64,000 bases of DNA, taken from NCBI GenBank assembly GCA_963709635.1, contig CAVPXA010000033.1, positions 6,558-70,557 on the forward strand, in the 5' to 3' direction. Each line of letters starts with the position of its first letter. The stretch's first letter is position 1. The stretch comes from an uncultured Thermoleophilia bacterium. Its GTDB lineage: Bacteria > Actinomycetota > Thermoleophilia > UBA2241. Made by a program: the position numbers and the translations under genes. Shown one piece after another: positions 61,970-64,000 of the stretch. The notes below the pieces were generated by a model. The model saw nothing but the letters and a program-made list of their open reading frames with translations. It did no database searches and was not told where the DNA came from.

Positions 61970-64000
61970 GTGAAGACCTCGCCCATACCGTTCGACTCCG
62001 AGGCCCTCCGCGCCAACCTCGCGAACACGGCGCAGCAGGTCGTGATCCCCGATCGCTACCTGCCGCTGCTCGACGCGGTGGACGGGCTGCACGGGGTGCG
62101 CTCCGCGCTGTCCGACACCATGCGCGAGTACTTCCACACGTTCCGCAACGCCGAGGCGCTGGTCGACGGGTTCCAGACCACCCTGCTGCGCAACTGGTCG
62201 TACTTCGAGCGCTCGCGAGCGCAGGGAGGAGCTGTTCGGCCTGCTCGCGGAGCTGGTCGTCGGCCTGCTTGAGTCGGGACTCACCGGCGAGCAGTTCTCG
62301 CTGCTGCTCCGGGCGCTCCTCACGTGGTCGTCGGACGTGCTCGCCGGCAAGCATGCGGACAGGTACGACGGCGCGCTCGACGGTCTTGCCGGCGCGCTCA
62401 CCGGGCTGCTGCCCGAGCACGCGCCGGCGTTCCTGGAGCGCGACACGCTGGTGCGCAACCTGGTGCAGCGCGCCGCCGCCCGCCCGGGGCTCGCCGCCGC
62501 TTACCTCTCGTTCTACCGGGAGCGTGCTCGGGGCCGGGTACAGCCGCGTGCGGGACGGTCTCGACCTGCCCGCGTGGGCGCTCTCGCAGGGAGAGCACCT
62601 CACCGATCCGCGCGCGGTCGCCGGGCAGTTCCCCTTCCTCAAGGCGCAGCGCGTCGACACGCTGTTGCAGGCGCTGGCGGCGGCGCCGGACGACAAGCTG
62701 CTCGCGCCGTCGTTCCCGCTGTTCTCGACCATCGTCGGCGAGGCCATCGACGCGCTGTTCCGCGTCGACAACCTCGAGGACCGGTTCGCCGTCTGCCTGT
62801 TCTTCCTCAAGGACGAGACGCTGGGCTACCGCCAGAAGGAGGTCATGGCCGACCTCCTCGGCGTGGTCAAGCAGATGATGCAGCCCAAGCGCCACACCGA
62901 CGCTATCCGCATCCTCTCCCGGCTGACGGAGTTCTTCCGCGGCCGCGACAACGAGTTCCTGCTCACCCGCTTCGCCTGCTACGAGGCGATCGGGGTCGCC
63001 ATCGGCGAGGCCGGCAACGTCAAGGCCGCCGACCACCTCATCGAGGACATCCTGTACTGGAAGTTCCAGTACCCCGACATCCACGGCGCGACCGACGAGT
63101 GGGAGACGGTGGTCAACCCGTACCACCTGCCCAAGATCCGCTGCTGGATGCACATCATCGAGTCCAATCCGGCGCTGTTCGAGCGGCTCGCGGCCGCCCT
63201 CAACGTGCAGCTCAAGCTCGGCGGCGTCTTCATCGCCGACACCGACCTCTTCCAGCGCGACGTCACGCGGTTCCTCGAGCGCCGACATCAAGCCCATCTA
63301 CTTCGTCGCCAAGCAGCTGCTCCGCACGCTGCCGGTGTACTTCAACGAGGTCGGCGCGGAGGGCGAGCTGCGCGCCGTCTCCACGCAGATCGACGAGATC
63401 TGCGGCCGGCGCGACACGCTCATGCACTTCCTGCGCAAGCAGGTGCATGCGGAGTCCTCCAACCGCATGGTCGCGTTCAGCCGGGCCGTGCTCACGTACT
63501 GGCTCACGCTCGACCCGTCCGAGCTCGAGCCGTACGTGTCGGCCAACACGCTGGAGGCGGTGCGCGGCGAGCACACCTGGGCGCAGGGGCCGCACGACGC
63601 GCTCGCCGCGCTGGCCGGCGAGGCGCGGCCGAGCGCCCCGGGCGGCGTGCTCGACGAGCTCATCGCGCTGCCGCCCGACCGGCTGGCGGAGCGTCTCGGG
63701 ACGGCAACGGCGGACGGCAACGGCGACAGGTCCCCGGAGGCCGTCGCCCGGCGGCGTGTGGCGCTGCTCGTGCGCACGTACCAGCTGCTCGCGCGCAAGT
63801 ACTCCCTGGCCGGCGACGACGTCGGCGCGGCCGTGGGGCACCACCTCGCGCTCGACGGCCGCACGCGGCAGCGGTTCGAGCGGGCGCTGGCGCGCTGGCA
63901 GGCGCGCCCGGGCCGGCGCCAGCGCGACCTGCTGCTCGACGCCTCGCTCACGGTGCTCGAGCATCTCAAGGCCATCATTCTGCGCCGCGGCGCGGCCACC
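61970..64000 (+). pseudogene. large protein of unknown function, frame broken >=3 times, 3' end outside window
   Basis: GTG 61970 with a TATCAT box 7 nt upstream. A coherent protein-like trail crosses the frames: ..TMREYFHTFRNAEALVDGFQTTLLRNWSYFE | EELFGLLAELVVGLLESG.. | ..LEDRFAVCLFFLKDETLGYRQKEV..YHLPKIRCWMHIIESNPALFERL.. | ADIKPIYFVAKQLLRTLPVYFNEVG... Shifts near 62215, 62525 and 63285. Confidence 0.55.

Overview
This is 64 kb of very GC-rich (roughly 70% or more by eye, not computed) bacterial chromosome. I read it from the raw sequence and the ORF track only, so product calls rest on motifs I recognise, not on searches. Gene order points to an actinobacterium-like high-GC monoderm: polA-rpsA-coaE...uvrB...uvrA is fused to uvrC-rapZ-yvcK-whiA in one ~19 kb co-directional block at 41.7-60.5 kb, and many -10 boxes sit 6-9 nt from start codons. 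I can support about 57 protein-coding loci, one tRNA-Leu(GAG), one LexA/SOS box, several promoters and hairpins, and one 43-nt poly-G tract. I see no rRNA, CRISPR array, transposase, integrase or phage genes. DNA-repair functions are concentrated here: sbcCD, a DUF2779-type nuclease, dinG, polA, uvrB, uvrA, uvrC and ogt. The left 15 kb is accessory and holds a degraded REC-PAS-HD-GYP gene, three secreted beta-propeller/Ig-like proteins, a HepT/MntA toxin-antitoxin pair, a GNAT and a DUF169-like gene. The middle holds two tandem BldC/Xis-like HTH-GAF regulators, MFS and RND exporters, and a STAS-RsbW fusion beside a 1169-aa multi-PAS histidine kinase. The main caveat is about 40 single-base frame breaks in 17 genes, including rpsA, polA and all three uvr genes. 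They are clustered in some stretches and absent from others (none in 15.2-31.8 kb). Most are probably consensus errors, so 'pseudogene' describes the sequence as written, not necessarily the organism. I cannot demonstrate a clear-cut new multi-gene system such as a defence island. The best leads are the G43 tract in a surface-protein gene, the SOS-controlled uvrB-DUF2284-uvrA-DUF2007 operon, the HTH-GAF paralog pair with shared operator-like repeats, the sbcDC/DUF2779 divergent pair, and the STAS-RsbW fusion module.
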